NCBI GenBank assembly: GCA_013239625.1
Contig: MU053588.1
Location: 3,252,799-3,316,798 of the forward strand
Reading direction: 5' to 3'
DNA from: Lama guanicoe
Taxonomy: Eukaryota
Length of the DNA: 64,000 bases
In this document: positions 37,101 to 51,600 of the stretch, one piece after another
Layout of the letters: each line of letters starts with the position of its first letter
Position numbering within the stretch: position 1 is the first letter of the stretch
Program-made: the position numbers and the translations under genes
The notes under the pieces: generated by a model
The model's input: only the letters and a program-made list of their open reading frames with translations
What the model was told of the DNA's origin: nothing
Database searches by the model: none

Positions 37101-38379
37101 GAAAGCGAGGGGCCATGGAGTGGCCCAGGTGACGGGAGACCTTGACAGAGGTGTCATTTCATAACTGAAGAGACTGAGCATCTCCGAGAGCACAGCTTGG
37201 AGTCAAACACACCTGGGGTGCTTCCCCTCTCTGGGCTTCACTTTTACTCCTATGTAACATGGGCTTGAATCACATCCACCTCAAAGGCTGTTGAAGGGAT
37301 TGGATGAAATCAAACACATAAAAGTACTTAGCAGAAAACCTGTTACGCCGTGGATGCTCACCATAACCCACTAATATGGACATAGTCCTTAACAGTTTGT
37401 AAAATTGCTTTCCCTTCCCTCCCACTCTTCAGTTGATTTAATGATATTTATTGGCCACCTGCTGTGTTTCCGGCCCAGGACTGGGTTTCAGTAGGTGACA
37501 ATTGCCATCAGGGAGAGAGGAAAGGACTCTTTCGAGGTCACTGCTGCAGCCCAAGCAGAGCTAGTGTTGAGTCAGTGCCAACCTCCCCAGGGGTAATTCC
37601 GAGGGTGGGAACAGGTCCATGGGAACCTGTCTCAAGGCACGTGCAGGCTCTGACCTTGAGTCACCTAAGTCGGGGGAGGGGTAGCCGCCACGCCCAGGGC
37701 CCCCGCCACGGAGTAGGAGGAGGGTGGGGGACGCTCGGGCATGCAGCCTCCACGCCAACTCTCTTGAGAGAGACCCACTCTTACCAGAGAGAAACTCGTA
37801 GTTGCAGGTTAGAAAGAGGGTATTGGGAGTCCCTGTAACCTTGGAGGGCAGAGACTGGAAGAGGTTATGGAGGGGAGGGCGTTGGAGTTCCTGGGGGGTT
37901 GTCTCACTGTAATGGGGGAGTCGTGATGGACGCCATCAGGGGGTGCACAGTCGAGATGGAGGGGTCTACTGCAATCAGGAAGCATATATTAGTTCATAAT
38001 ATGAAATGGGGGAATCCTGGTCTTGATAGGGGAAGGAATTTATAGATGGAGGATTTCTGCTGGATATGGCGGTATTCCAGTCAGGATCATGAAATGGCAC
38101 AACTGGGATGTAGCCAATATGAATAAAAGGGCAGTCTATTGGAGTAGAGTCCAAATCCCGATCGTAAGGGGCCAGGGCGCTTCTGGGAGCCAGGAAAAGT
38201 CATGATTGTGGTCCTTTGCCGTAGGCAAGTGGGAACAGTGGTAATGTGGGCGTCTAGGTCGTGACTGTGAGGGGACTGTAGTCCATGACATGAGTAGTTT
38301 CAAAAGATCGTGACATGAGGCAACAAGAACTCTGTGGACAGAAGCAATCTCGCGAAGTGGTACAAGATCCAGCCCAAAC

Positions 38380-39240
38380 GAGGATCCGCTCTCGCTCTGC
38401 GCAGGCTCAGCGCAGGCTCAGCACAGGCCAGCCAGACGCTACGGTTGGGGGCGGGCCCGGAAGGAGGGGCTTGGGAGCCTCACTCTGCGCTTGCGCCTAA
38501 GGGGCGTGGCGAGGTCGCACCTGCGCGAGTAGGGGGAAGGAGGAGGGGCGAGGTGACGCAGGCGTAATAATAGAGAAGGTGCCAGAAAGATTCAAAACAA
38601 GTGTCTGCAGCCGTCGCCCAGGAGTCGTTAGACGCTGGAATTCGGTGAGGATCTAGAGAGGCTTAAGGACGACTGGCGGCAGGTAAACTGGACCACCTAG
38701 GTGCTGGGGAAAGGGCGGTACCTCCCTCACAGGTCTCGGGGCTCGGGTTTGGACAGCACCACCTGTGTGGAGCAGAGGGCTGCTTTGGTCGGTCCCACTG
38801 TAGGGGCAGAGGGTCACTTTCAGACCACATCACTTGGGTGGAGCAGTGAGGCTGATCTGACAGTACCACTGGACGGAGCCCAGGGGCATGTTCGGACAGC
38901 GCTACCCAGAGCCAAAGGCAGTTGCGGGGGTGCCCCGCGTTGGGCCCCTAGGCTGTTTCGTACCGAATTACTTCGTCGGATCCGGAAGGTTGTTCGGAAC
39001 ATACCACCTGGGGAGGGGCGTTCGGACTCGGGCAGCCCAAGCGGAGTCGGGCGTCTCGACCTGTTACTAGGGGACCTCGGGCGATACCATTTTTTGTGGG
39101 AGAAAGGGGGGGGCTAAAACGGCTGGGACGTGAGTTTGGCCCTGCCCGGCGGGACGCGGCAGAAGAGACTCACTGGAGGGGATGAGGTGTGGGCCCCGGT
39201 GTCGCTGACCAATGCCTCCTCCCTGCTGTGTGGGTTCTAG
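38380..39240 (+). promoter_or_regulatory. DEDD2: DEDD2 CpG-island promoter, predicted non-coding first exon (donor near 38645) and intron 1
   Basis: CpG-rich, GC boxes, NRF1-like motifs, TGACGCA; TCG|GTGAGG donor; ttctag acceptor at 39240. Confidence 0.75.
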
Positions 39241-39281
39241 GCCCTAGTTCTGATCTTGTTCCGCACGCCCCTCCCTTGGAT

Positions 39282-39609
39282 ATGGCGCTGTCCGGGCCGA
39301 CCCCAGCCCCCAGCTGGGAGGAGGATGAGTGCTTGGACTACTACGGAATGCTGTCGCTTCACCGTATGTTCGAGGTGGTGGGCGGGCAACTGACCGAGTG
39401 CGAGCTGGAGCTGCTGGCCTTCCTGCTGGACGAGGTCCCCGGCGCCGCCGGCGGCCTGGCGCGTGCCCGCAGCGGCCTGGAGCTGCTGCTGGAGCTGGAG
39501 CGCCGCGGGCAGTGCGACGAGAGCAACCTGCGGCTGCTGGGGCAACTCCTGCGAGTGCTGGCTCGTCATGACTTGCTGCCACACCTGGCGCGTAAGCGGC
39601 GTCGGCCAG
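39282..39609 (+). CDS. DEDD2: DEDD2 first coding exon (DED)
   Basis: ATG 39282; CAG|GTATGG donor. Confidence 0.96.
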
Positions 39610-42600
39610 GTATGGTTGAATGGGAGGGTGCAAGACTTTTGGTGGGGAGAGGGCCTTGCTTTCACTGGTCCCGCATGGTGCCTCTGTGGAGGGTGCCATT
39701 ATCAGACAGTATATGTCCCATCTCACTCTTCTCTCCCATTAGGGTATCAATGAGAAACAAGAGGGAGGTGACATGGCATTGGGAGGGGTGAGCTTGGGAA
39801 GTTTGGCCACATGAATAGTGATGTTTGTGACTACTCTTTATGGAGGGCTTATTTCATGCCGGGCACAGTGTTAAGTCCTTCTTCATATATACTGTCACCT
39901 TATATTCTCTTGGTAATCCTAAGAGGAAGTTCTGTCATTGTCCCCACTGTACAAGGAAACACAGCAGGTTCAGAGAAGTTAAGCAGCTTGCCTGAATATA
40001 AGGACTGAATCCTATGTGTAGAGGAATGGGGAACCGGGAAAAGGAGATACAAAGGGGCTGGACTGACAAAGTTTTTTCTATGAGGCTTACATTTAGTGGG
40101 GGAATCAGACATTGAGACAGGTGAAAGATTTGTTTTTAGGTGTGGTTATAGAAAAACTGAAATAAAGTCATGGAACAAAGTCAGAGAGAGTAGGGAGTGG
40201 AGTGCTTCAGAGTGAAGGGAGGCCTTCTTAAGACTTGATAACCAGTTAAGACCTTTCCAAGAAGGTGATATTTTAACTGAGACTGCACTGCCTCTGCAGT
40301 GCATAGATCTAAGAGGAGAAAATTCCAGACAGAAAGAAGGGCAAGCTTTCAAACCCAGAGGCAGGAAGGAGTTTGGCGTTATCAGAGACAAGTGTGGTAG
40401 GAGCAGAGATCGAAATAAGTGCAAAGAGGTAGGTGAGAAGCCCTGTCACACAGGGGCTTACAGCTAGAAAGTGGTAGCTAGGATTCAGACCTTGCTGGTT
40501 TGTGTCCAAAATTGATGCCCTTAATCCTTGTGAGGGAAGTACTCCTAGAGGACAGCAGTCCTGAGAAGGTGAGGAGCTGGGAGGGTTTAAGACACAGGAG
40601 CCCCATGTGTGCACAGGCCTTAAGCTATTGAGCCCTTGGCTAGGTTACTGGAAGTGCTGTGGCTGGTTGGGTGAAAAGGTTTGTGAGTTTACCTGCAGAG
40701 GGTAAGCGCATGGGGTTTGGATAACAGGAGGAGGGCAGTCCTAGGGCAGAACTGAGATAATGTTTGGAAAAATAGCCTGGAGGTCAGGCTCTGAAGGAGA
40801 TTTGGGGAGCCTGCAGAGGCCTGCTTACTCATTGGGGTCTCAGGGAGAGCCAAGGACAGTTGACCGGAGGGCAGTGGGCAGCATTGCAGGGATCCTGACA
40901 TTAACTCAGCTTACAATGTAACCCTGACAGTTTGAGCTGCTGTAGACATAGATTGGGTGGCCCCAGGAGGTGATGAGTCTTATCCCGGGAAGTACTGAGC
41001 AGCTACTGGGCATGAGGTGTTTAAGAGGGAGTGGGTATCTGGGCTTTGACTTCTAGGGAACTCAGGTACCCTGTGGGGGCAGGTGCTTCTCTCAGAGGGT
41101 GGAAATTAGAGCCTGGAGGCTGTGAATACTTCTTTGCTTTCTTTCCCCCAGTGTCTCCAGAACGCTACAACTATGGCACATCCAGCTCTTCAAAGAGGAC
41201 GGAGGGCAGCTGCCGCCGCCGTCGGCGATCAAGCAGTTCTTCAAATGCCCGGCAGGGTCAGTGGGAGACAGGTGAGCCCAGCCCTGTGCACATGACAGCA
41301 GTGTCCCTCTCTTCCTTCTGAACCCCATCCTGGCCCATCAAGGAAGGGGCCTGTTGGGTGATTTTGTCTCAGTTTTGTTTTGTGTGTGTGTGTTTATTAT
41401 TGCTGCAAAAGCACGTGTCCAGAAACAACATATAGACTTGTTTCTCACCGTTTAATATTTCATCTAAATGGCATTATATAATGGGTATCATTCTTCACGT
41501 GGCTTTGTTGAACATGTTTCTGAGATTTATTCACGTTCAGTATCTCTAATTAGTTTCGTCTAATCGCCATGCCAATTAATTTATCCAGTCTCCTCTCCCC
41601 TAGTTTTTTAATCATTCAAATATGATTTCAAACATACAGAGAAGTTGAAAGATTAGAATAGTGAATATGCTCGTATCTTCCATCAAATTCAGTCATGTTA
41701 ACATTTTGATAGTTTTGCTTTATGTGTATCTGTGTAATTCTGGGTTTTTTGTTGAACTGTTTGAAAGTAAATTATAGACATCAGAACACTTTACCCCTAA
41801 ATTACCAAGCATCTCCTGAGAATAAGGAGATTGTCTGAATTTACTTCAAGACCATTGTCATACCTAAGAAAGGATATAAATGCTAATTCTTTGATATCTT
41901 AATGGTCCATTTTCAGATCTCCTCGAAATTGTCTGCTCTTTCAGGATCCACTCATAGTTGTATTGCTGTGCATTTAGTTAGTAGTCTCCTTAACCTCTTA
42001 TCATAGAACTGACTCCGCCACCTCCAGTACCTTTTTCTTTATTACCCCATGACATTGATCTGTTGATCCTACCAGGCCACTTGTTTTGTACAACGTCCTG
42101 ATTATTTCCAGATATGTCTGATAATTTCCTGATGGTGTCATTTAACTTCTCCTCCTGTCCAGTATGTTTTGAAGCAATTGGGTTTGAAGAGTTGGTTAGA
42201 TTCAGGTTACATGTTTTTGGCAGGTGTGCTCCTTGGTTGATGCCATGGGCTTCACATTGGAGCACATCAGGAGGCACGTAAGGAATGGTTTTCCTGTTGT
42301 GAGCAAGTTTGGTCACTTGGTTATGGTGGTGTCTGCCATATTTAACCTTTGTATAGAGCCAGTTTCCCCTCTGCAGTTAGTAAATGATCTATAGGATGAC
42401 ATGTGGGCATGTTCTGTTCCCCAGCAGCATTCCCAGTGGGTTTAGCATCCATTGGTGATCCTGCCTGAACCAGTTATTACATTGGTATTTGCAAAATGGT
42501 GATTTTTCTAATTTATTTTTTTCGAATTTTTCTCTATGTCTGTTAGTTGGCATTCTTTCAAGAGGAGTTTTATTCTTCTCTCTCTCTCCTTCCCTCCCTC

Positions 42601-45600
42601 TCTTTATTTAGTGGAGAGAGGGGTATCACTGTGGACTCATGTATTCTTTTTTATTTACTGTGTTATAATCAATTAATCATTCTTTCTGATACTCAAATTG
42701 GTTAGCTTCTCTGTCTTTTTGATGTGTCTCCATCATTCTTTGGGTGCTTCCTGCTTTGTAGGACTACAAAATGTCCTGTCCCTTCCCCAGCCCTGGAATC
42801 AACTGTTTCCAGAAGCCTGGTTTCTTTTAGAACCAGTGGTATTTGGAGACTGAGATCTAGGTGCTGAGTATGCACATTGTTTCTAGATGCTTTTAGTGAG
42901 CAGAGGTAGAAGCTGCTTTTTAAAAAAAGTTCATGTTAGTATTTTCAATTCAAAATTAATTTTACAAAGACTTTTTTTTAGTCTTACACTGAAAATCTTT
43001 GTTCTTGACAACATTGGGATATGGACTTATTTGTTTTATTTCACAAAAGTAATAAAACAGCTTCAAAATTACAATGTCGGTACCACTGCTGACTGTATCT
43101 ACTGAATGAAACATAAGGTTCTTTGGTGGTTCTAATTCAGAGTATCTCCTTTTGAGAATTTACCATCAGAATGTTTTTCCTAGTTGCTGGAAATCTTTTC
43201 TTTTCTTCTCGTTACCAGTTATATAAACAGATTAATTTGTTTCTATTTGTGTTCAATTTTACAGTTTTTTTGTCTCGTGTTCTGAGTATGCAAAACAGTT
43301 ACATGATCCTGAATCAAAACTAAAGTATGTAAAAACGATGTTCTTAAAAGTATCATTTCCAGTCTTGTCTCCCTCCCCTACAATAGGTAATCAGTTTCGT
43401 TCATTTCTAATAAATCCTTGCTGTTTCATCTTGCAAAAAAAGCAAATATGTGTATATCTTTGTTTCCCCTCCTTTTTTAATACAAAACATAGCAAACAGT
43501 AGGTACTTGCTTTGCACCTTGCTTTATTTCACTAAGCAGTCTATCCTAGAAATTACTGTGTATCCTTTTTGTCAGACATTTACTTTGTTTTTGAGTTTAC
43601 ATGGTTATAAACTATAAAGGACGCTCCAGTGACGTTGTCCTGCCTGTTTCCTGGTATGAGTGTTCAGGGTTTCTCTAGGGTCACACCTGGGAGAGGGACT
43701 GACAGGTCGGGGGTTGTGCTCATCTGTGCTTCTAAATGATGCTACTAGGTGGATGTACTTACTTCTCATCTTATGGACAGGGCGATCAAGGCCCAGGAAG
43801 CATAGAGTCTCACCCACGGTCTCACAGCATGGAGTCCAGCCTTGAGCTCTTCCTTGGGCATCCATGTTGGTGCTCCACCTGTCATCCTGGTCCTCAACCC
43901 ATCCCACCTTTCTCTCCTCAGGTTCTCCCCCAACTAAGCGGCAGCGGCGGAGTCGAGGCCGTCCCAGTAGTGGTGCCAGACGGCGGCGGAGAGGGGGTCC
44001 AGTCAACCCCCAGCAGCAGCAGGAGTCAGCCAGGCCCACCTCAGAAGGCAAAGTGACTTGTGGTAGGTGTCTCTGTGTGCCCTGGGAAATGCATGGGCAA
44101 TGCCCATGGCAGGCTGTAGAGCCGGAGGGTGGGAGAACCAGGCCCCTGTCTGGGGTGTGACACCTAATGGGTGGGCAGTGACTCTCTGTATCTGTTAAGC
44201 ACAGTGGAATCCGTGTTCTTTTTATTGTCATTTTGTTCACATCCTGCCTGTAGTTGAAGTATTATGTTGTGTGCCGCATCCTCCAGGAAGCCTTCCTTGA
44301 CAACCCCCTGCCCTCAGTTTCATTTATGGGTAGAAGAACCAGTCAAGGGCTGAGCAGCTGGACATGGCATGCCTTGGAGCAGATAGGAGTTGGATTTTAT
44401 TCTGTGTGTCAATTACTGTGCAAGGGTTTCAGGCAGGGGAGTGAGGTGATCTGACACCTGTTTTTAAGGGATCTCTCACTCCATCTCATAAATCAGTTAA
44501 TAAATGAGTTACAGTTTGCAGAGTGCTTAGAATGGTGCCAGGCATGTAGAACAGGTGCACTTGAAGGAAATTCAACAAATTGGAAGCAGGGAAATGAGTG
44601 AAGAGGCTGCTTAGTCCAATAAAGAGGAGGCAGAGGTCTGGCCTGGGGTAGTGGCATTGGAGAAAGGGTAAGAACGAGGTGGACTAAGGGAAACTAAGGA
44701 AACATTTTGGATATAGGTGACTTGACCTGCAGATAAGTTGATTTGGGCAGGCTGGGGGACTCTGCAGTGCAGACTCATGCAGACCTTGCCTTTGAGAAAT
44801 TCCCCCTGGTCCTGAGGGGAGGACACAGGCATGGGTGGGCTCTGTCATACACATACACCTCCCCACATCCCTCTGGTACCCTCTTCTCTGAGATAGGCAA
44901 GCCGCAGTTTCACAGAAACTATCAACTGGTGAGATGCTCAGACTGGGGTGGGGGTGGGGGTAGAATTACAGATGGGAAGATGGACGTGGCAGCGGCAGCA
45001 GCAGCAGCAGCTCTGGTTCCCAGGAGACCTCAGCCTAGGGGTGCTTCCTCTACCATCTACAGAGCCTTCAGCCCACAAAGCAAGCATGCCTGCCCCTTCC
45101 CAGTGCCCATTATGCCCCCATCCCCAGGCTCTGATCCTCACATCCACTCCATAAATGTAGATGCAGATATCTGTGCTGGGTGCTGTCAGGAGGAACAGAC
45201 CAATAGAGCCAGCCTGTGTGCTCAGACAGCCCCTACTTGAGGGGGTGGCTGTCTGGTCATGATTCTCACCCGAGTCAGACTATAATTACCAGAGCCGCCC
45301 ACTGGCTAGGTGGCTCAGGGAGTCAGTCCTTCCCTGGGGAGCAGACCAAGCTGAGGCTGGAGAGAGGTCTTGCTAGTGGAAGCTTTAGGTCTCTTCTTGG
45401 AGGGTGGGGAGGTTGTTAACCTGGGTGTGGCTGGCTCTTGATGCAGGATGGGTGAGCAGGTCTGACTGCTGACTCACTAGGCAGGGTGGGGCTAGAGTGA
45501 GGCTCTCCCCAGTAGAGCCCTGCTTTTCCCCTCGTAAGTAGATATGGCTTAGTCCCGGGGGGTGGAAGGAGGCCCTTCCAGACCTGAGTAAGGAAGGGGC

Positions 45601-48600
45601 CTGCCATTGTTGCTCCTTTTCACCTGTAGCAGTTCTAGGGATTGACCCCAGTCAGCTGCCCACCACTGGATAGAACCAGACTAAACTCCTCTGAGGACCC
45701 AAGAGTGTGAAGAAGGGGCCATGGGGGGTCCTGGGCTCAGACACAGGACCTCTGAGTTTCCATGTCCCTCTCAGGGCCATCCACTGAGCACTGTGCTGGG
45801 TGTGCTTCTCACCTGACCTTAAATTCTCAAGACCACCCTTGAGATAGGGATGATGTCCCCCGTTGTGCAGAGTGGCGGGACTGGGCTGAAACTCGGGTTT
45901 GTTCACTTGGTTATTCTATGTATGTTTATAGAGCTTACTAAGTGCTGACCTCCCACAGCAGGAATTGGAGGCCCTTGTCCTCAGGGAGCTTGTGTTGGAG
46001 GAGAAAGTTAAGAGAAAGAGAAACTTCAGATGTCAGCAGTGAAGAGACAGGACGAGGGGTAGAGAATGATGGAAAATGCAGTTCCAGGTGTATTTTCAAG
46101 ATAGATTGGTCTAGGAAGCCCTCTCAGAAGAGAGGAGGAGAGGGAGGAGTCTGTGGATGGCTGGGGAGGAGTGGTTCAGATAGAGGGGACAGCAGGAATG
46201 AAGGCCTGAGTGGGAACATGCCAATTGTTGGTGATAGGATTGCAAGGAAGCTGGCAGGGCTGGAGCGGTGGCAGTGGGGGAGGCTGTCAGGAGGAGAGGC
46301 CAGGAGAGATGACCAGGGGCCCATCCTGCAAAGCCTGTGAGCCACGGGTCAGGGCTTTGGATTTTTTAAATGATGGAAATCAGTCAGAGGATTTGGATGA
46401 CAGGCTGAGTTTTTTTCCCCTTGATGTTTGCTATGGAGAAGAAACAGAAGCAGACAGACTACCATAATGATCCCTAGCTCCCTGTCACCCAACTTCAACA
46501 GTTGTAAAGTTGTGGCTGATCTCATTTCATCAGCCATATGTTTTGGAGTCAGTTCCAGGTGTCCTATTATTTCATCTGTAGATTTTTCACTGTGTATCTT
46601 TAGAAGATAAGAATTCTTAAAAAAAAAATTACACCCCAAAAATTAAGAAAAGCTTCTTACCTTCAACATTCTGCTCAGTGCTTAAATTTCCCATTCTAAA
46701 ATAATAAATATTGGTTCTCTGAGTCTCTCCTGTAGGATTCCCCCACAACCTCTGATTTCTCTCCCCCACTCCCTTTGCACTGCGTTTGTTGAGAGTAGTT
46801 GTCCTGTAGTATTTCCCAAAAACCGGATTTTGCCAATTGCATTCTGTGGTAGGGTTGACTGAACGTGTTCCCCTGTCGTCTGTATTTCCTGAAAATCAGT
46901 AGTTGGGCCTGGAGAGGCTTGGTCAGATTCTGGTATGATATTTTGTTTTTTTCAAGCTAACTTCCTAGGTAGTATTGTGCTCTTCCTTCAGTAAACAGGC
47001 AGAAGCAGCAGCCTCTCCTCATTGCCTCCATCCCTTAGTTCAGTAGAGGTTTAAAACTTTACATTGACATCATGACTCTGGCTGGGCCTTGGGAAAGAGA
47101 CTGGCGCAGGGGAGGGGTTTGGCTGTTGTCCAGAGGAAGGTGATGCAGCCTGGTGTGGCAGTCTCTCCTTTAGAGCTCGCTGGCTGTTTCTCTTTGCCTG
47201 GCATGGGAGCACAGGTCCTCTATATCCCCAGCCCTTCCTACTAATAACTCCCAGAGGGGAGACCTGAGAGAGATTCATTCCTGACCTCCAGCCACTCCCA
47301 GCACCAGGTCTGGCACACAAGGCTGCTCATCTGCTCACCTGGGTCTGTCCCTCATAGGTGTGTCCTCCCATTTCCCTCTGCAGCCCGCTGTGTCCCAGAA
47401 GAGACTGCTGAGGCATGGGGTAGAGGGACAAGAGGGTTCTGGGGTCCACCTGACTGCAGGAAACAGGAGCAGCTCTACTCTCTAGGAAGGCATGGCTCCA
47501 CCCTCTGCCATGGGGGCAAGGAACATTTCCCCACAAGTGGAGAGGGACTGTTGACAAACGCTTGGTGTTCCTGGATGGAGGAAACCATTTGGCTGGGCCT
47601 CAGCCCAGGTCATATGGGTGCTGGGTACTGCGACCTCACTATCATGCCTGGGCCAGTCCATTGACTTCTTTCCATGTCTACTGCTTCCATCCTGAACCAG
47701 CCGCCTTCAGTCTTTTCCTGTCTGCTACCCTGGCTCTGTTGCTGACCACCCTGCTGCTTCTGTAGAGCAACTGGAGTTGTCTCGGTGTCATGAGGCCACT
47801 TCCTTCCTGCTGCACTCAGAGGCTCATTATGGGCCAGGCGCCAGCTGCAGCCCTTTACCTGCATCCAGCCGTGTAATCCTAACAGTGACTGCCTGAGAGC
47901 AGTTGCTTGGGGTGAGGTTATTTTATGGAGGAGGCCACTGAGGTGCAGAGAGGTGTGGTCTGCTTGGGAGGCCCAGACTCCCTGCCCTGGCCTGCCAGGG
48001 TGTGGTCAGCCCCACCCTTCCAGTTGTGTCCTTGTGCCCTTCTCCACCGTGGTCTGGCCCCCAGCTTGTGAGCACCTCAAGTTCATTTTCTGCCTCTGGA
48101 CTTGCACACACTCCACACTCTTCTGGGAATGCTACTCTTCTCACTGTTGTCCTATCTTGACTGACTTGTCCTCCTTCACATTTCGCTTCCAATGTCATTT
48201 CCTGGAGAGATCCTCTCTGATCGTTTAGATCTAAATTACAACTCACTCTTTATGATTTTCTCACCTGACCCTTGGGATGTCTTCTAATTACAGACTTCTG
48301 TGTGTGGTTGTATGAGAAGCAGCAAACAGGATAAGGGTAGTTAAGAGCTTGGGCTCAGGGGCCAGGCATCTCAGTTGGAATTCCAGCTCTGTGATTTCCT
48401 GCCTGTGGACAGGTAACTCATCTCTTGTGCCTTAGTTTCCGCATCTGCAAAAAGGGGATTATAGCACTGCCTCATAAGGTTGCAGGTATAATCAAAAAGG
48501 TCAGTAGATGTGAAATGTGCATAGGTAGTGCAGTAAGTACTGTACAAGTGTTGCCTGTCATTAAGTTATTTTGGCGAATAGTGAGGAGAGATGGTGTATG

Positions 48601-51600
48601 ATGTCCGTGATTCAGATCCAGGGATGGAGCAGTGGCTTGGATAATGCACATCTTCCCTTTTCCTAAGTGGTGCTTCCCTGTCCTCCCCTTTTGTGTGCTG
48701 TTGTTTTGTGTTCCAGACCAGAGTTGGACCATTTCTTCAGCTGTAAATGGAATAATGAAAGTGCTGTGAGGACTCGGGGGTTAAGTTAGGGAAAGCACCT
48801 GGGTGGGGTGTGGCCCACACGAAGTTCCCCTTGACTGGGCTTACATGTCTCCCAGTCCGGCTTGCAGCAGGGCGCTCATGTCTCCCCAGCATTCCTGGCA
48901 CTTAGTAAATATCGGGTGAATGAAGAATGAATGGGACACGCATGAATCCACCCTGGCCCTGTCCTTCCACCCCCACCATGGTTGGTGGGCTCCGGGTGAA
49001 TATACAGTCTCCACTGCAGGTCTGGTAGCAGTCTGTGCTGAGGAGGAAGGCAGTCTGGGAGGAGACTCACCTGGGTGGGCTGGGAGTGCCGTGAGCTGGG
49101 CCTTGGTGGGTGAGTGGGCATTCTGGGCAGAGGAGGTGGACAGGTGGTTTTGTGAGTAAGTAAGGCTTATACTGGGAGCACTTCCCTTGTGGCCGGAGGG
49201 CAGGGTATGTAGCTGGGATTGAAGGAGGAGATGAGGGAGGAGGTTGGCTCGGGACCCAGATGAGAGAGCGCAAGGCCTAGGCAGGGGCCGTGGGGGTAGA
49301 GTGGTGAGTGTTGAAATCACAGTTCCTATTTCTGGGTGCCTTCTGTGTCTAGGCCCTGTGTCATGTACTTCACAAGTTGTCTAATCCTCATGACCCCATC
49401 GTGCAGCAGGGACCTCTTGTTTGTCTGTTTATGTTTTTCAGATGGGGAAACTGAGGCTCAGAGAGGTGAGGTCACATGCCCAAGGCCCCACAGCTAGAGA
49501 GTGGCAGAGCTGGGACTCGCCTCAAGGTCTGTCGGACTCCGCCACCTGGCTCTGTGCCTCTGCCACTGAGCAGCCCCGTGTGGCCTTGGACAGGTGCTGC
49601 TTCTCCCAGTCCCCTGCTCCCTGGCCCATGCCTGTTGAGGACATGGTTAGACACTCATAGGAGTCAAGGTCAACCCAGAGGTCTTACATAGTCCTTAGGA
49701 TGGAGGGAGCCAGGCCTGAGTGCCGTGGGAAGTCCTTGGGCCAAGGCCAGGAAGGTTTCCCTGGGACTTAAGCAGAGAGGGTGAGGTTCTGCTAAAGGCA
49801 GAAAGAGGAAGGGTTTGGGGTTTGGGGTGGGAGGAGGAAGTGGTCGATGCTGAGAAGTCGCCTGGGGAAGCAGAGACCTGCCTTACACTTTCTGCTCTGC
49901 TGCTGACATGGTCTGTGAAAGGTGAAGGGAGTCCAGGGCATGATACTTCCCCTTCCAAAGCTTCAGTTACTTCATCTGTCAAGTGGGTTGAATGTGGCCC
50001 CAGCCCCATAGAGCTGATCCTGCTGAATCTCCAAGGGTAAAGCTTTTGGCACATCAGAGCTGTTGGCTACTGTTCATGGAGTACCCATTGGTCACCATTT
50101 GTAGTGCTAGCCAGTTCCTTTCTATCTATTGTTCTCTCTTTAATCATCTGAACAGCTGTTCCCAGTAGGGGTTGTCCCCTGGTTTAGATAGGAACCTGGG
50201 CTCAGAGAAGTGCTGGCTTGTCCCAGGTCACACAGCCAGTGCCTGAAGGGTCCTGGGTTGGAATCGGTTCCATAGACCTAAAGCTGCTCTCTAGGGCATG
50301 GGAGAATCAGTGACCTTTGGCAGACACTGCCACTGCCTGGCCACGTGAACTTAGGCAAATCACTTCACTTCCCTTTGCGTCCATTTTTTCATCTCTAAAT
50401 TGGGGTGATAATAGGGCCTGCCTCACAGGGTTGTTTGTGGATTAAATGAATTCATGTCAATCTACTGCTTATAGTCATTTCTAGCTTATAGCTGATCCTC
50501 AGGACAGCCTATGTTGTGAGTGGAGAGGAGGTTCTGTTAGCCCGGTTCACAGGTGGGAATTCAGTAATCCCACAGGGAGGTAATATGCCTGAGGTCACAT
50601 TTACGTGGATGCCTTGGAAGTTCCAAGTCCTATCCCCTGCACACAGCTGCCGCCTCATTTGGGTGGATGTGGGCAGGGTGTGACAGAAACTCAAACTCAG
50701 ACTGGCTTAAGCAAGAAGGAAGTTGATGATAGCTGAAAATCCAGATGCTTCAGGCATATGCAGTGAACTCAAGGGTCTTTTCGTCTCTAACCTTAGCCTT
50801 GTGTAGGTTTCATTCTCTCACCTCCTGGTGGCAAAATGGCCCCCAGCAGCTCTGGGCTTACAGCCCACCTTTTTGGCAGCCCCTGTGGAAAGAGAGCTCC
50901 TGCTTCTGGTAGAGCCAGCCCATTTCCAGTCTTGAATCTCCTGGGCCTGGTGCTTGCTTGATGGGTGGGGGGCTGGGGAGGTGGTTGGCCCTACATGAAT
51001 GTCACTGTTTGAGGGTGGGAGATGGGTGAGTGAGGCTGGTTACCGAAAAGCAAGTCCCATCTCTCATGCATTGGTTCTTTGACAAATGTCTATCAAGTAC
51101 CTCCTTTGTACCATGGGGCTATACAAGTGAACAAAACAGACAAAAATTCCTTTCTTCAGGGAGCTCACACTGGGAGGAGACAGATGATAAGCCTGACAGT
51201 AAAGGAAAGCTTAGAGTAGATTAGGCAATAAGGTCCTTGGGAAGAAATGGAGCAAAGTGTGGGGAACTGGGAATTCTGGGCACTGGGTAGGATAGTCTCA
51301 TTGGGAAGGTGGCATTTGAGCAAAGACCTGAAGGAAGTTAGAGAGGAGACTGGGGACAGAACATCCCTGGCTGAAGGGTAGGTAGGGCCGGGTGGAACCT
51401 GCCTGGTGATGAGGGGACCAAGCAGCAAGGAGTGGTGAGGCTGGAGTGGGCCATGTGGGGGGAAGAGAAGGTCACTAGGTTAGGAGGTAACAGGCCAGAC
51501 CACAGGAGGGAAACCGAGCGCGGGTGTCATCCGTACTTGGGTGTGGTTACCGGAAGGGGGAAGGATGTGGGGCTGGTGCAGTACAACCCACGGTGGGGGT

